A stretch of DNA of 24,332 nucleotides from Nanobdellota archaeon. Its GTDB lineage: Archaea; Nanobdellota; Nanobdellia; Pacearchaeales; GW2011-AR1. How positions within the stretch are numbered: position 1 is the stretch's first letter; each line of letters begins with the position of its first letter. The DNA lies in the NCBI GenBank assembly GCA_038045365.1, contig JBBSYH010000003.1, positions 1-24,332 on the forward strand, in the 5' to 3' direction. Of the stretch, positions 14,050 to 21,658 are shown one piece after another. Below the pieces are notes generated by a model. The model did not search any database. It was not told where the DNA came from and saw nothing but the letters and a program-made list of their open reading frames with translations. The position numbers were made by a program, and so were the translations under genes.

Positions 14050-15366
14050 ATGGGATTTTATATGGAAGCAGAAGATAAAGTAGTGAAATACCTGAAAAAG
14101 ATAAAGAAGGAGAATAAAAAAATTAATGCTATTTTGCATGTTAATGAGAATGCTCTTGAAGAAGCGAGAAAGATTGATGAAAAAGTAAAGAGAATAGGAA
14201 AGAAAGGAAGATTGTATGGATATGTGATTGCTGTAAAGAGCAATATTAATGTTAAAGGAATGATATGCAACTGCGCTTCTAAAGTTTTGGAAAATTATAT
14301 TGCTCCTTATGATGCGACTGTGATTTCAAAAATAAAGGCAGAAGATGGAGTAATAATTGGAATGACTAATATGGATGAGTTTGCTGCAGGCAGCAGCGGG
14401 GAGAACAGCGCTTTTGGAGCAACACAAAATCCTTCTGCTTTTGGGAGAATTTCTGGAGGAAGCAGTTCTGGAAGTGCGGCTGCTGTTGTTGCTGGATTTT
14501 GCGATGTTGCTTTGGGAAGCGATACAGGAGGAAGCATTAGAATGCCTGCTTCACATTGCGGAGTTGTAGGAGTGAAGCCGAGTTATGGTTTAGTGAGCAG
14601 ATATGGGCTTATTGATTTGAGTATGAGCTTAGATCAAATAGGAGATTTGGCAAGAAATGTTGAAGATGCTGCACTGGTTTTAGATGTTATTAGGGGTAAA
14701 GACGAGAGAGATGCAAATACTTTTGATTCTAGAAAAATAGAGATAGAAAAAATTAACAAGATAAAAGTTGGAATTTTGAGAATTAAAGGAGTTGATTCTA
14801 AAATACAGAAAATTATTGATAAAAAAGTTGAAGAAATAATCAAGAAAAATGGATGGAGCTTAAAGAATATTGAAATTAAGCATATTGAACTGGCTGTTCA
14901 GACATATTATCCTCTTGTTTATAGCGAATTTTTTTCTGCGACGCGGAGATTTGACGGCAGGCGTTATGGGAAGAAAATAGAAGATTTTTGCGGCGAAGAA
15001 GTTTTAAGAAGAATTTTTGGAGGAAGGGAAATTACGAAAGCTGAATTTGAAGGTGCTTATTATGAGAAAGCATTGGCTGTTAAAGAATTAATTAAAGAGG
15101 AATTTGAGAAAGCTTTTGGAGAAGTAGATTGCTTAGTATTACCGACCTCTCCTGGATTGCCTTGGAAGATTGGAGAAAGAAAAAAGATGAAAGTTGAAGA
15201 GATTTATGCTTTAGATGCTTTAACTATTCCGGCGAATCTGGCTGAAATTTGCGCGATTTCTCTGCCTGCAGGAAAGATTAATGGGATTCCTATAGGTATG
15301 CAGGTGATGTGTGCTAAAGAGAAGGAAGGAAAGATGCTAGGAATCGCAAAAGCATTTAGTAATTAA
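14050..15366 (+). CDS. gatA: Asp/Glu-tRNA amidotransferase subunit A (amidase signature family)
   Basis: The 438-aa ORF has the amidase signature GGSSSGSAAAVVAGF...GSDTGGSIRMPAS and the catalytic Lys context AVKSNINVKG. An alternative start is ATG 14062. Confidence 0.9.
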   Translation: MGFYMEAEDKVVKYLKKIKKENKKINAILHVNENALEEARKIDEKVKRIGKKGRLYGYVIAVKSNINVKGMICNCASKVLENYIAPYDATVISKIKAEDGVIIGMTNMDEFAAGSSGENSAFGATQNPSAFGRISGGSSSGSAAAVVAGFCDVALGSDTGGSIRMPASHCGVVGVKPSYGLVSRYGLIDLSMSLDQIGDLARNVEDAALVLDVIRGKDERDANTFDSRKIEIEKINKIKVGILRIKGVDSKIQKIIDKKVEEIIKKNGWSLKNIEIKHIELAVQTYYPLVYSEFFSATRRFDGRRYGKKIEDFCGEEVLRRIFGGREITKAEFEGAYYEKALAVKELIKEEFEKAFGEVDCLVLPTSPGLPWKIGERKKMKVEEIYALDALTIPANLAEICAISLPAGKINGIPIGMQVMCAKEKEGKMLGIAKAFSN

Positions 15367-15387
15367 TGTGCAATTTGGAAAAAAGAA

Positions 15388-15397
15388 TTTTATTTTT
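15388..15397 (+). terminator. Oligo-T tract downstream of gatA
   Basis: TTTTATTTTT begins 22 nt after the gatA stop. Archaeal termination typically occurs at T-runs. Confidence 0.35.
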
Positions 15398-15417
15398 CTG
15401 ACTGCATCACCGCTAAT

Positions 15418-15425
15418 CTTATAAG
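15418..15425 (+). promoter_or_regulatory. TATA-like box of the MBL-fold gene
   Basis: CTTATAAG is centred 26 nt upstream of the ATG at 15447. Confidence 0.4.
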
Positions 15426-15446
15426 GGCTTTTTTGTTTGTATTAAA

Positions 15447-16118
15447 ATGAAGATAGGACATATTGAGCTTGCTTTTTTAGGACATTCTGGATTTTTAATT
15501 ACAAATGAAAGAGGAGAGAGAATTGCGATTGATCCTTATAATTTGCATGAGAAGATAGAGAAAGCAGATTATATATTTATCACTCATAGTCATTATGATC
15601 ATTGCAGTATAAAAGATGTTGTTAGTATATCGAAGAAGGGAACTGTCATAGTAATTCCTGCAGATGTTCAGAGTAAAATTACAAAAATAGAAGGAGTTGA
15701 AATGCATGTTATTGAAGCTGGAGAAGAAATAAGTTTTGGGGAGTTTAAAGTAGAAGCTTTACCAGCATATAATATAAATAAAATTTTTCATTCAAAAGCA
15801 GACGGATGGATAGGATACTTAATAAAATTTAATAATGTAATAATTTATCATGCTGGAGACAGCGATAAAATTCCTGAGATGGAAAAGTTAACTGGATATG
15901 GAAAACATGAGAATGATTTTATTGCTTTACTTCCTGTTTCTGGGACTTATGTAATGACTGCGGAAGAAGCTGCTGAGGCAGCTGTTCTTATAAAGCCAAG
16001 TGTTGCAATACCTATGCATTATGGAGCAGGAGTTGCAGGGACAAGAGAAGATGCTGAAAATTTTGTGAAACTTTGCAATGCAGCTGGCGTGCATGCAGAG
16101 ATATTAGAGAAAATATGA
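15447..16118 (+). CDS. Metallo-beta-lactamase-fold hydrolase (UPF0173-like)
   Basis: The 223-aa ORF has the FITHSHYDH motif (H-x-H-x-D-H), later His/Asp ligand positions (YHAGDS, IPMHYG) and typical size. Confidence 0.8.
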   Translation: MKIGHIELAFLGHSGFLITNERGERIAIDPYNLHEKIEKADYIFITHSHYDHCSIKDVVSISKKGTVIVIPADVQSKITKIEGVEMHVIEAGEEISFGEFKVEALPAYNINKIFHSKADGWIGYLIKFNNVIIYHAGDSDKIPEMEKLTGYGKHENDFIALLPVSGTYVMTAEEAAEAAVLIKPSVAIPMHYGAGVAGTREDAENFVKLCNAAGVHAEILEKI

Positions 16119-16243
16119 TGGAATAGACTGATTGGATTGTTAAAAAAAAGAGAAATTTTCGCTTTTGATATGCATATTTCTAAATAGACAAATATAAATA
16201 CCAGTTATTTCTAGTATATTGAATAAAATTGTGTGAAATTGAA

Positions 16244-16250
16244 AGGAGGT
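16244..16250 (+). promoter_or_regulatory. Shine-Dalgarno sequence of ftsZ
   Basis: AGGAGGT lies 7 nt upstream of ATG 16258. This is one of the few leadered genes here, with a candidate TATA box ATATAAAT near 16192-16199. Confidence 0.6.
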
Positions 16251-16257
16251 AGAAGAT

Positions 16258-17337
16258 ATGGTTTTAGATTTTGCAAAAGAAGCTTTACAAAATGTATCTA
16301 CTCACAGTATTAATTTTGATGAATTAAGAGCTGGAAAAGCAAATATAAAAGTTTTTGGCGCTGGAGGCGCGGGATGCAATGCAGTAACATGGCTTTTTAA
16401 TAAAGGAATAAATGGCGCTACAATCTATGGACTTAATACAGATGCTTTACATCTTAGTATAACTAAGGCTGATGAGAAAGTTCTCATAGGAAAAGAGCTG
16501 ACGAGAGGACTTGGATGTGGCGGATATCCTACGAAAGGCAGAGAAGCTGCGAAAGAATCTTTATCTGAACTTAAGAAAGCTGCGAGCGGAGCTGATATGG
16601 CTTTTGTATTGGCAGGAATGGGCGGAGGAACAGGGACAGGAGCTGCACCAGTTGTAGCACAACTGGCTAAAGAGTCAGGAGCTGTTGTGATTGGAGTAGT
16701 TACAATGCCTTTTGAATGCGAAAGAGCAAGAGTTGACAAAGCTGAATTCGGATTGCAGGAATTAACTGAAGTTTGTGATACAGTTATAATAATTGACAAC
16801 AATAGATTAGTTGATATTGCGGGAAATCTTCCAATGGAGCAGGCCTTTGCAGTTGCAAACGAGCTGGTAAGTACAATGATAAAAGGAATTGTGGAAACAA
16901 TTACCTTGCCTTCATTGATTAACTTAGACTATGCTGACGTTTCAGCCATTATGAAGAACGGAGATGTTGCAGTTATTGGAGTTGGTGAATCTGATGGAAG
17001 CACAAGAGTTGACGAAGCTGTAAGACAAGCTTTAACACATCCCTTATTGGATGTTGATTATAAGGGAGCAACCGGGGCATTAGTCCATATAACATGCGGT
17101 CCTGACTTTAAGCTTGAAGAATTTGCAGGTATCGGAGAGCAAGTTACAGAAAATATAAGTCCAGATGCCCAAGTAATTATTGGAGCAAGAATTAATAAAG
17201 ATTTTGCTAATAAAGTAAGAGTTATTACAATAATGACTGGAGTGCAATCGCCTTATATAACTGGAAGAAAAGCTACTAGACAAGATATGCGCATTGGTTC
17301 TGAGATGTCTGATTTAGGTATTGAAGTATTCAGGTAA
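16258..17337 (+). CDS. ftsZ: Cell division GTPase FtsZ
   Basis: The 359-aa ORF has GAGGAGCNAV, the tubulin signature GMGGGTGTGAAPVVA, and the NDAL/T7-loop region. Confidence 0.95.
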   Translation: MVLDFAKEALQNVSTHSINFDELRAGKANIKVFGAGGAGCNAVTWLFNKGINGATIYGLNTDALHLSITKADEKVLIGKELTRGLGCGGYPTKGREAAKESLSELKKAASGADMAFVLAGMGGGTGTGAAPVVAQLAKESGAVVIGVVTMPFECERARVDKAEFGLQELTEVCDTVIIIDNNRLVDIAGNLPMEQAFAVANELVSTMIKGIVETITLPSLINLDYADVSAIMKNGDVAVIGVGESDGSTRVDEAVRQALTHPLLDVDYKGATGALVHITCGPDFKLEEFAGIGEQVTENISPDAQVIIGARINKDFANKVRVITIMTGVQSPYITGRKATRQDMRIGSEMSDLGIEVFR

Positions 17338-17378
17338 AGCTTAAGCTTTTATATATAAATTTATTTTTTTTCTTTTTT
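17336..17378 (+). terminator. ftsZ 3' palindrome plus long oligo-T tract
   Basis: A perfect 14-nt palindrome AAAGCTTAAGCTTT (17336-17349) is followed by T8-C-T6 (17364-17378). Confidence 0.5.
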
Positions 17379-17462
17379 ATGTCAAGGTTGTTCCTTGAGC
17401 ATCCAAAAGTCCTAAACAAACCATGGGCTAAAGCCCATAGTCAAACACAAGGACTTTTTGAT
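17377..17462 (+). repeat. Multi-hairpin repeat element, copy 2 (short form)
   Basis: This copy is identical to copy 1 except for the 33-nt indel and G to A at 17439, which creates a C-A mismatch in the apical stem. It lies between convergent ftsZ and the nitroreductase gene, and supplies the last codons and stop of the latter. Confidence 0.85.
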
Positions 17463-18004
17463 TTTATAAAGACTGGTTTTTTATTTTTATCCCATTCTTC
17501 CCAAAAAATAGAGGATTCTAATGTTTTTTTTCTTTTATGAGGGGATTTTTCTTTTTCATAGCCTACTGGAATTACTGCTTCAATTTGAATATGTGCGGGA
17601 ATTTTAAGAAGTTCTTTTATTAGTTTATCAGTGTATGCACCAACCCAACATGCGGAAATTCCTAGATTAATAAGTTTAAGCAGAAAAGTTTGAATTGTTG
17701 CACCTGCTTGTTGTCTACTGTAAATACGGCCTCTTTCCCCATATAGATTTTTAAGATGAATGTTATCTGAACAAACTGCGACAAGTGTTTTTGATTCCAA
17801 TATCCATTTTTGCTCTGAAAATTCTGCTATTTTGCTTATTTTTTCAGGGTCTTCAATAATAATAAATTTTAAATTATTGTGATTGCCTGCGAATGGAGAT
17901 TGGAGCGCAGAATCTATTGCTTGAAGTATATCTTTCCAATCCGGCTTTTTGCTTTTGAAAGAGCGTACAGATCTTCTTTTCTGAATTACAGAGTCAAATT
18001 CCAT
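17441..18004 (-). CDS. Nitroreductase-family protein
   Basis: The 187-aa ORF starts with the RRSVRSF motif and shows a typical NADH-oxidase/nitroreductase fold pattern (QSPFAGNHNNLKFIII, QQAGATIQ, ISACWVGA). Confidence 0.8.
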   Translation of the reverse strand: MEFDSVIQKRRSVRSFKSKKPDWKDILQAIDSALQSPFAGNHNNLKFIIIEDPEKISKIAEFSEQKWILESKTLVAVCSDNIHLKNLYGERGRIYSRQQAGATIQTFLLKLINLGISACWVGAYTDKLIKELLKIPAHIQIEAVIPVGYEKEKSPHKRKKTLESSIFWEEWDKNKKPVFIKSKSPCV

Positions 18005-18041
18005 TAATAGTTAAGATAAATTGGATATAAAAATATGATGG

Positions 18042-19130
18042 TTAAAGTTTTATTTCAGCGTTGGCTATAAGCTGATTTTTGTGGTAAAGAACAATATATT
18101 GCCCTTCTGCTATGGCTTCTACTAGTTTTGAAAAGATAAAAATGTATTTTTTTGACTTTTTTAAAGCGCCATCATGCAATTCTCCAAGATGTCTGATTCG
18201 AGCTTTAAGATGAGGAGGGATTTTTTCTTTTGGATTTATAAAGTGCAGGTTTTTCAGGAAAACTTGCTTTTTTGCCAAGGAAGGATGAGATTCAGGAGCA
18301 ACAATAAGTACATTAGATTTTAATTTTTTTTCAGCGATATAGAAGCGTTTTTGAGATAGATTTATCGGCTTTTTAATTTCAATTCCAATATGAGTGCCTG
18401 TTTTTTGTCCTATCGTATAAAAAAATATTCCTTTATGAGTTCCTATCACTTTTCCTTCTGGTGTTTTCACTATTCCTGGCTTTTCTCTAATTTTCCTTTT
18501 CAAAAATTTTTGCATATTCTGTTCTCCTATAAAGCAAATTCCTGTTGTTCCATGCTTGTTCCAGTTTGGAAATTTATTTTGTTTTGCTATTTTTCTAACA
18601 TTTTGTTTTTTCAAGTTTCCTAATGGGAAAATAGTATGTGAAAGATCTTTTTGCGAGAGATCTGATAGAAAATATGACTGATCTTTTGATTTATCTTCTC
18701 CTGCAAGAAGTTTATAGCCTTGAAGAGTTTTTTTGATTTTTGCGTAATGGCCCGTAGCTATATAATCGGCATTGTATTTTTTTGCGATTTTCCAAAGTAT
18801 AGGAAATTTTATTATTTTGTTGCATGCTATATCTGGATTAGGGGTTTTTCCTAAAGAATATGATTTTAACATTGGTTTTAGAATATTTTTTTTGTATTCT
18901 TTTTCAAAATCCAAAAAAATTAGAGGAATATCCAGTAATGCAGAGATTTTTTTTGCTATTTTTAATTCATCTAGATATAAACATTCCCCTGTAAATTTAT
19001 TTTTTGCATTAGAATAAACTTTTAGAAAAACTCCTATAACATTATATCCTTGTTTTTTTAAAATGAGCGCAGCTACGCTGGAATCTACTCCTCCTGACAT
19101 GCCGAGCAAAATTGTTTTTTGTTTTTTCAT
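18042..19130 (-). CDS. mnmA: tRNA 2-thiouridine(34) synthase MnmA (bacterial type)
   Basis: The 362-aa ORF has the PP-loop GMSGGVDSSVAA and catalytic Cys contexts NPDIACNK and GICFIGE. The C-terminal barrel domain is present. Confidence 0.85.
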   Translation of the reverse strand: MKKQKTILLGMSGGVDSSVAALILKKQGYNVIGVFLKVYSNAKNKFTGECLYLDELKIAKKISALLDIPLIFLDFEKEYKKNILKPMLKSYSLGKTPNPDIACNKIIKFPILWKIAKKYNADYIATGHYAKIKKTLQGYKLLAGEDKSKDQSYFLSDLSQKDLSHTIFPLGNLKKQNVRKIAKQNKFPNWNKHGTTGICFIGEQNMQKFLKRKIREKPGIVKTPEGKVIGTHKGIFFYTIGQKTGTHIGIEIKKPINLSQKRFYIAEKKLKSNVLIVAPESHPSLAKKQVFLKNLHFINPKEKIPPHLKARIRHLGELHDGALKKSKKYIFIFSKLVEAIAEGQYIVLYHKNQLIANAEIKL

Positions 19131-19206
19131 GAAAACACTATGAAAATACGATATAAAAATACATTGTTAAGTTAGTAGAAAGATTTTTAATTAAGAAGTC
19201 TTATTA

Positions 19207-19419
19207 ATGAATATGGCGGAAAAAGTACAAACTGGAGGAGTGATGGAATTTTATCATGATAAATATACTGGAAAGCTTGATAATAAAAGGAAAAGAGCGA
19301 TTGAGCAGGGATACAGAGAATCTGAGGAAAGGAAAAAAAGAGAAAAAAGAAGAAAGATTATTGTTTGGATAATTATAATAATAATTGTATTGTTTTTTTT
19401 GCTCTTGCTTCTTTTATAA
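19207..19419 (+). CDS. Small tail-anchored membrane protein
   Basis: The 70-aa ORF has a charged N-terminal part (KRKRAIEQGYRESEERKKREKRRK) followed by one C-terminal TM helix (IIVWIIIIIIVLFFLLLLLL). TTTTTAAT at 19184-19191 favours ATG 19213 as the start. Confidence 0.45.
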   Translation: MNMAEKVQTGGVMEFYHDKYTGKLDNKRKRAIEQGYRESEERKKREKRRKIIVWIIIIIIVLFFLLLLLL

Positions 19420-19420
19420 A

Positions 19421-19493
19421 CGTCCTCGAGAGGACTCGAACCTCCGACCCCACGGTTAACAGCCGTGTGCTCTACCAGCTGAGCTACGAGGAC
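19421..19493 (-). tRNA. tRNA-Asn (anticodon GUU)
   Basis: The reverse complement folds as GTCCTCG-TA-GCTC-AGCTGGTA-GAGC-A-CACGG-CTGTTAA-CCGTG-GGGTC-GGAGG-TTCGAGT-CCTCT-CGAGGAC-G. All stems pair. No CCA is encoded and there is no intron. Confidence 0.93.
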
Positions 19494-19516
19494 ATAATTG
19501 TAGAAAAAGAAGTTGT

Positions 19517-19524
19517 TATTTAAA
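19517..19524 (-). promoter_or_regulatory. TATA box of tRNA-Asn
   Basis: TTTAAATA on the minus strand is centred 27 nt upstream of tRNA position 1 (19493). Confidence 0.5.
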
Positions 19525-19611
19525 GATTGCCATGAGCCAATATTATTGCGTAATTTTTTCACAATTCTCATTTTTTCTTTGTTTTTTTAAATTTTCAATT
19601 TTTGGCAAACA

Positions 19612-19619
19612 TTTATAAA
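19612..19619 (+). promoter_or_regulatory. TATA box of the 23-aa basic peptide gene
   Basis: TTTATAAA is centred 26-27 nt upstream of 19642, the first base of the GAGGTGAT SD element. Confidence 0.45.
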
Positions 19620-19653
19620 GAAAAAGATATTAAATTAATTAGAGGTGATTAAG

Positions 19654-19725
19654 TTGGCAAGTAAAAAAAGAAAAAGTTCTCGTAGTTCTTCTAGAAGAAA
19701 GAAATCATCGAGAAAAAAAAGATAA
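19654..19725 (+). CDS. 23-aa ultra-basic Ser/Lys/Arg peptide (TTG start)
   Basis: TTG-GCA-AGT... translates as (M)ASKKRKSSRSSSRRKKSSRKKR*. GAGGTGAT (19642-19649) lies 4 nt upstream of the TTG, and a TATA box sits at promoter distance. The ORF is too short for the ORF track. It may be an eL41-like or other nucleic-acid-binding micro-protein. Confidence 0.45.
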   Translation: MASKKRKSSRSSSRRKKSSRKKR

Positions 19726-19744
19726 TGGTTAATTAATTGTTTTT

Positions 19745-20239
19745 TTATTTTATTTTATATTTTTTTCTTGATGTGTTTGTTTTTTCAAGGTAATGATAAA
19801 CATTAGCTTGTTTTGAGCCTCTAATGAGGCTAGCTAATGCAGTTGTCGCTTCATCTATTGAGTCGGTTGGGCCGATAATGCCCACTTCATTGTTTTTTAT
19901 TATTATGCTGCACCTTGCTATTTCCTGAATTGTTTTTTTTGTTTGCCCTTCCGAACCGATTAATCTTGCCCTTACTTCATAGAGATTTTTTCTTCTTGTG
20001 AAATTTTTTATTGATAGTTTTCTAAATATCATCTCTTCATTGAGAAGCGAAAGAGCTTTTTTTGCTGAGAAGCCAAATGTCATTGCTTCCATGACTCTTG
20101 TTGTTTCATATTCTTGGATAGGCGAACCTTCTATAGTTATTTTTTTGCCTTGGATTGATATTGAAACATTCAGTTTTTTTTCTAAGTTTTCTTTTTCTCT
20201 TTTTATTACTGAAGCTTTTTCAAAATAAATTATTTCCAT
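19745..20239 (-). CDS. KH-domain RNA-binding protein (archaeal Dim2/Pno1-like)
   Basis: The 164-aa ORF has two KH-like modules, including LIGSEGQTKKTIQEIARCSIII (G-x-x-G loop). It sits in the conserved archaeal neighbourhood aIF2beta-DUF424-KH. Confidence 0.75.
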   Translation of the reverse strand: MEIIYFEKASVIKREKENLEKKLNVSISIQGKKITIEGSPIQEYETTRVMEAMTFGFSAKKALSLLNEEMIFRKLSIKNFTRRKNLYEVRARLIGSEGQTKKTIQEIARCSIIIKNNEVGIIGPTDSIDEATTALASLIRGSKQANVYHYLEKTNTSRKKYKIK

Positions 20240-20283
20240 TTTAATTAAATGAAAGAGGAGTTTTTATAAGTTACTGGTATTGT

Positions 20284-20580
20284 TTAAATTAGTTTTAAGG
20301 CAAAAGGAATTCCTTTAATGTTTGATATATTTTCTTTTACTATTATTCCTGCTTTTACTGCTGCTTCTACTGACTTTTTTCCTACAATGTTAAATGTAGA
20401 GTTTTCTATATCTAGTTTTTGCATCAAATCAATTGCTTTTTTTTCATCTACTTCGAATCCCTTATAGAAGTTTTCTTTTATATCAAGCTGTTTTTTCCCT
20501 TCTTCAAATGTTTTTCCAATTATATCAGAGTCGCATATTGCGACAACATCCATGTATGATTTGTGGATTTTTATGAACAT
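20284..20580 (-). CDS. DUF424-family protein
   Basis: MFIKIHKSYMDVVAICDSDIIGKTFEEGKKQLDIKENFYKG...NIVGKKSVEAAVKAGII matches the DUF424 pattern. The track start at 20622 would overlap aIF2beta. ATG 20580 lies 1 nt after the aIF2beta stop. Confidence 0.75.
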   Translation of the reverse strand: MFIKIHKSYMDVVAICDSDIIGKTFEEGKKQLDIKENFYKGFEVDEKKAIDLMQKLDIENSTFNIVGKKSVEAAVKAGIIVKENISNIKGIPFALKLI

Positions 20581-20581
20581 T

Positions 20582-20992
20582 TCATATTTTTCTTTTAATT
20601 GGAGATTTTGCCCCACATGCAAGGCAATGCTTGAATTTTATACCTTTTTCTACAATTATTTCAGTATCTGGTTTTTTACATTCTGTACAGAGCACAAATT
20701 CTTTTGTATAAAGAGCTATTTTATCGTTTACTTTTTCAGAGTTAAGCTTAGTGTTTAGTATTAGACGGCCATTTTCAATTTTTCCTGAAACAGCAAGTTC
20801 TCTTTGAAGAAATTTTGCAAAGTGATTAATATCTCTTCTTAGATAGTCTGCAATTGGCAAAATATTAGTAATAATTGTATTTTTTCCTGAGATTAAGCCT
20901 GAAACTTTTGGCACGTCAAATCTTTCAGAGTTTGTTTTTACTACTTTTATTTTGCCGTATGCTTTGCTTAGAAGTTCTTCGTAAGATTCCAT
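20582..20992 (-). CDS. eif2b: Translation initiation factor aIF2 beta subunit
   Basis: The 136-aa ORF has an N-terminal helix (YEELLSKAY), a central domain (RFDVPKV...GKNTIITN...FAKFLQRELAVSG) and a C-terminal zinc ribbon (VLCTECKKPDT...CLACGA). Confidence 0.92.
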   Translation of the reverse strand: MESYEELLSKAYGKIKVVKTNSERFDVPKVSGLISGKNTIITNILPIADYLRRDINHFAKFLQRELAVSGKIENGRLILNTKLNSEKVNDKIALYTKEFVLCTECKKPDTEIIVEKGIKFKHCLACGAKSPIKRKI

Positions 20993-21062
20993 AATTATGG
21001 TGGTTTAGGCAAGTTTAAAAGCTTAACTAAATTTGTATATTCGCTGTTAATTTAAATAAAAT

Positions 21063-21641
21063 ATGAATGTGAAAAAAATAGTTTTGGGAATAGGAATATT
21101 TATCGTATATTTGCTGGTTTTAAATTATGGAATTGAGGCCTTTTATGCTTCACCGCAATATCAGGATTATTGTTCTGGAGCAGAACATATTGGAAAATAT
21201 TCTTTGAGATATGATGTTCCGGATTCAGTTTTCAACTGTAATTTTTCCAGACAACTACAGGAACAAGCGAATACTTGTTATGCTGAACAAGGCATTCCGA
21301 TATATGAATATAACGATGCCGGATGCACGACTAGTCTAAAAGAATGTAATTTTTGCGATAAGAAATATAACGAGGCTAATTTAGCTCATTCTAAAATAGT
21401 TTTTGCTATTGCACTAATTGCCGGGATAATTACTCTGCTAGTTGGGTTTACAGTTCTATCTGTTGAGCCTGTCGGCAGTGCTTTGATGGCTTCTGGTGTT
21501 GGAGCAATATTCTATGGTTCTGTAAGAAATTGGGAAAATCTTGGAAATATATGGAGATTTTTACTTTTGCTTGTTGCTTTTATTTTGTTAATATGGATTG
21601 CTTTGAGATTGAACAAAAGAGATAGCCGAAGACGCAGTTAA
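21063..21641 (+). CDS. Membrane protein with Cys-rich loop domain
   Basis: The 192-aa ORF has an N-terminal TM helix, a roughly 90-aa domain with 8 Cys (YCSGAE...NCNF...TCYAEQ...GCTTSLKECNFCDKKY), then about three C-terminal TM helices and a basic tail. Confidence 0.65.
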   Translation: MNVKKIVLGIGIFIVYLLVLNYGIEAFYASPQYQDYCSGAEHIGKYSLRYDVPDSVFNCNFSRQLQEQANTCYAEQGIPIYEYNDAGCTTSLKECNFCDKKYNEANLAHSKIVFAIALIAGIITLLVGFTVLSVEPVGSALMASGVGAIFYGSVRNWENLGNIWRFLLLLVAFILLIWIALRLNKRDSRRRS

Positions 21642-21658
21642 AATATCTGCTTTTCATC

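Noticed and set aside
16425-16802. 125-aa antisense ORF inside ftsZ, plus similar antisense or off-frame ORFs inside gatA, gatE, GT4, mnmA and mcm (for example 14307-14537, 10956-11231, 6715-6945, 18390-18623, 23515-23973)
   Set aside because: These are open frames opposite Gly/Ala-rich or otherwise biased coding sequence of well-supported genes. Their composition is typical of shadow ORFs.
17336-17349. Perfect 14-nt palindrome AAAGCTTAAGCTTT (tandem HindIII sites) as a protein-binding operator
   Set aside because: It overlaps the ftsZ stop codon and is followed by a long T-tract. The simplest reading is part of the terminator region, and it occurs only once.
19254-19571. 105-aa minus-strand ORF
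   Set aside because: It runs straight through tRNA-Asn (19421-19493) and its promoter, and part of it is antisense to the small tail-anchored protein. It is spurious.
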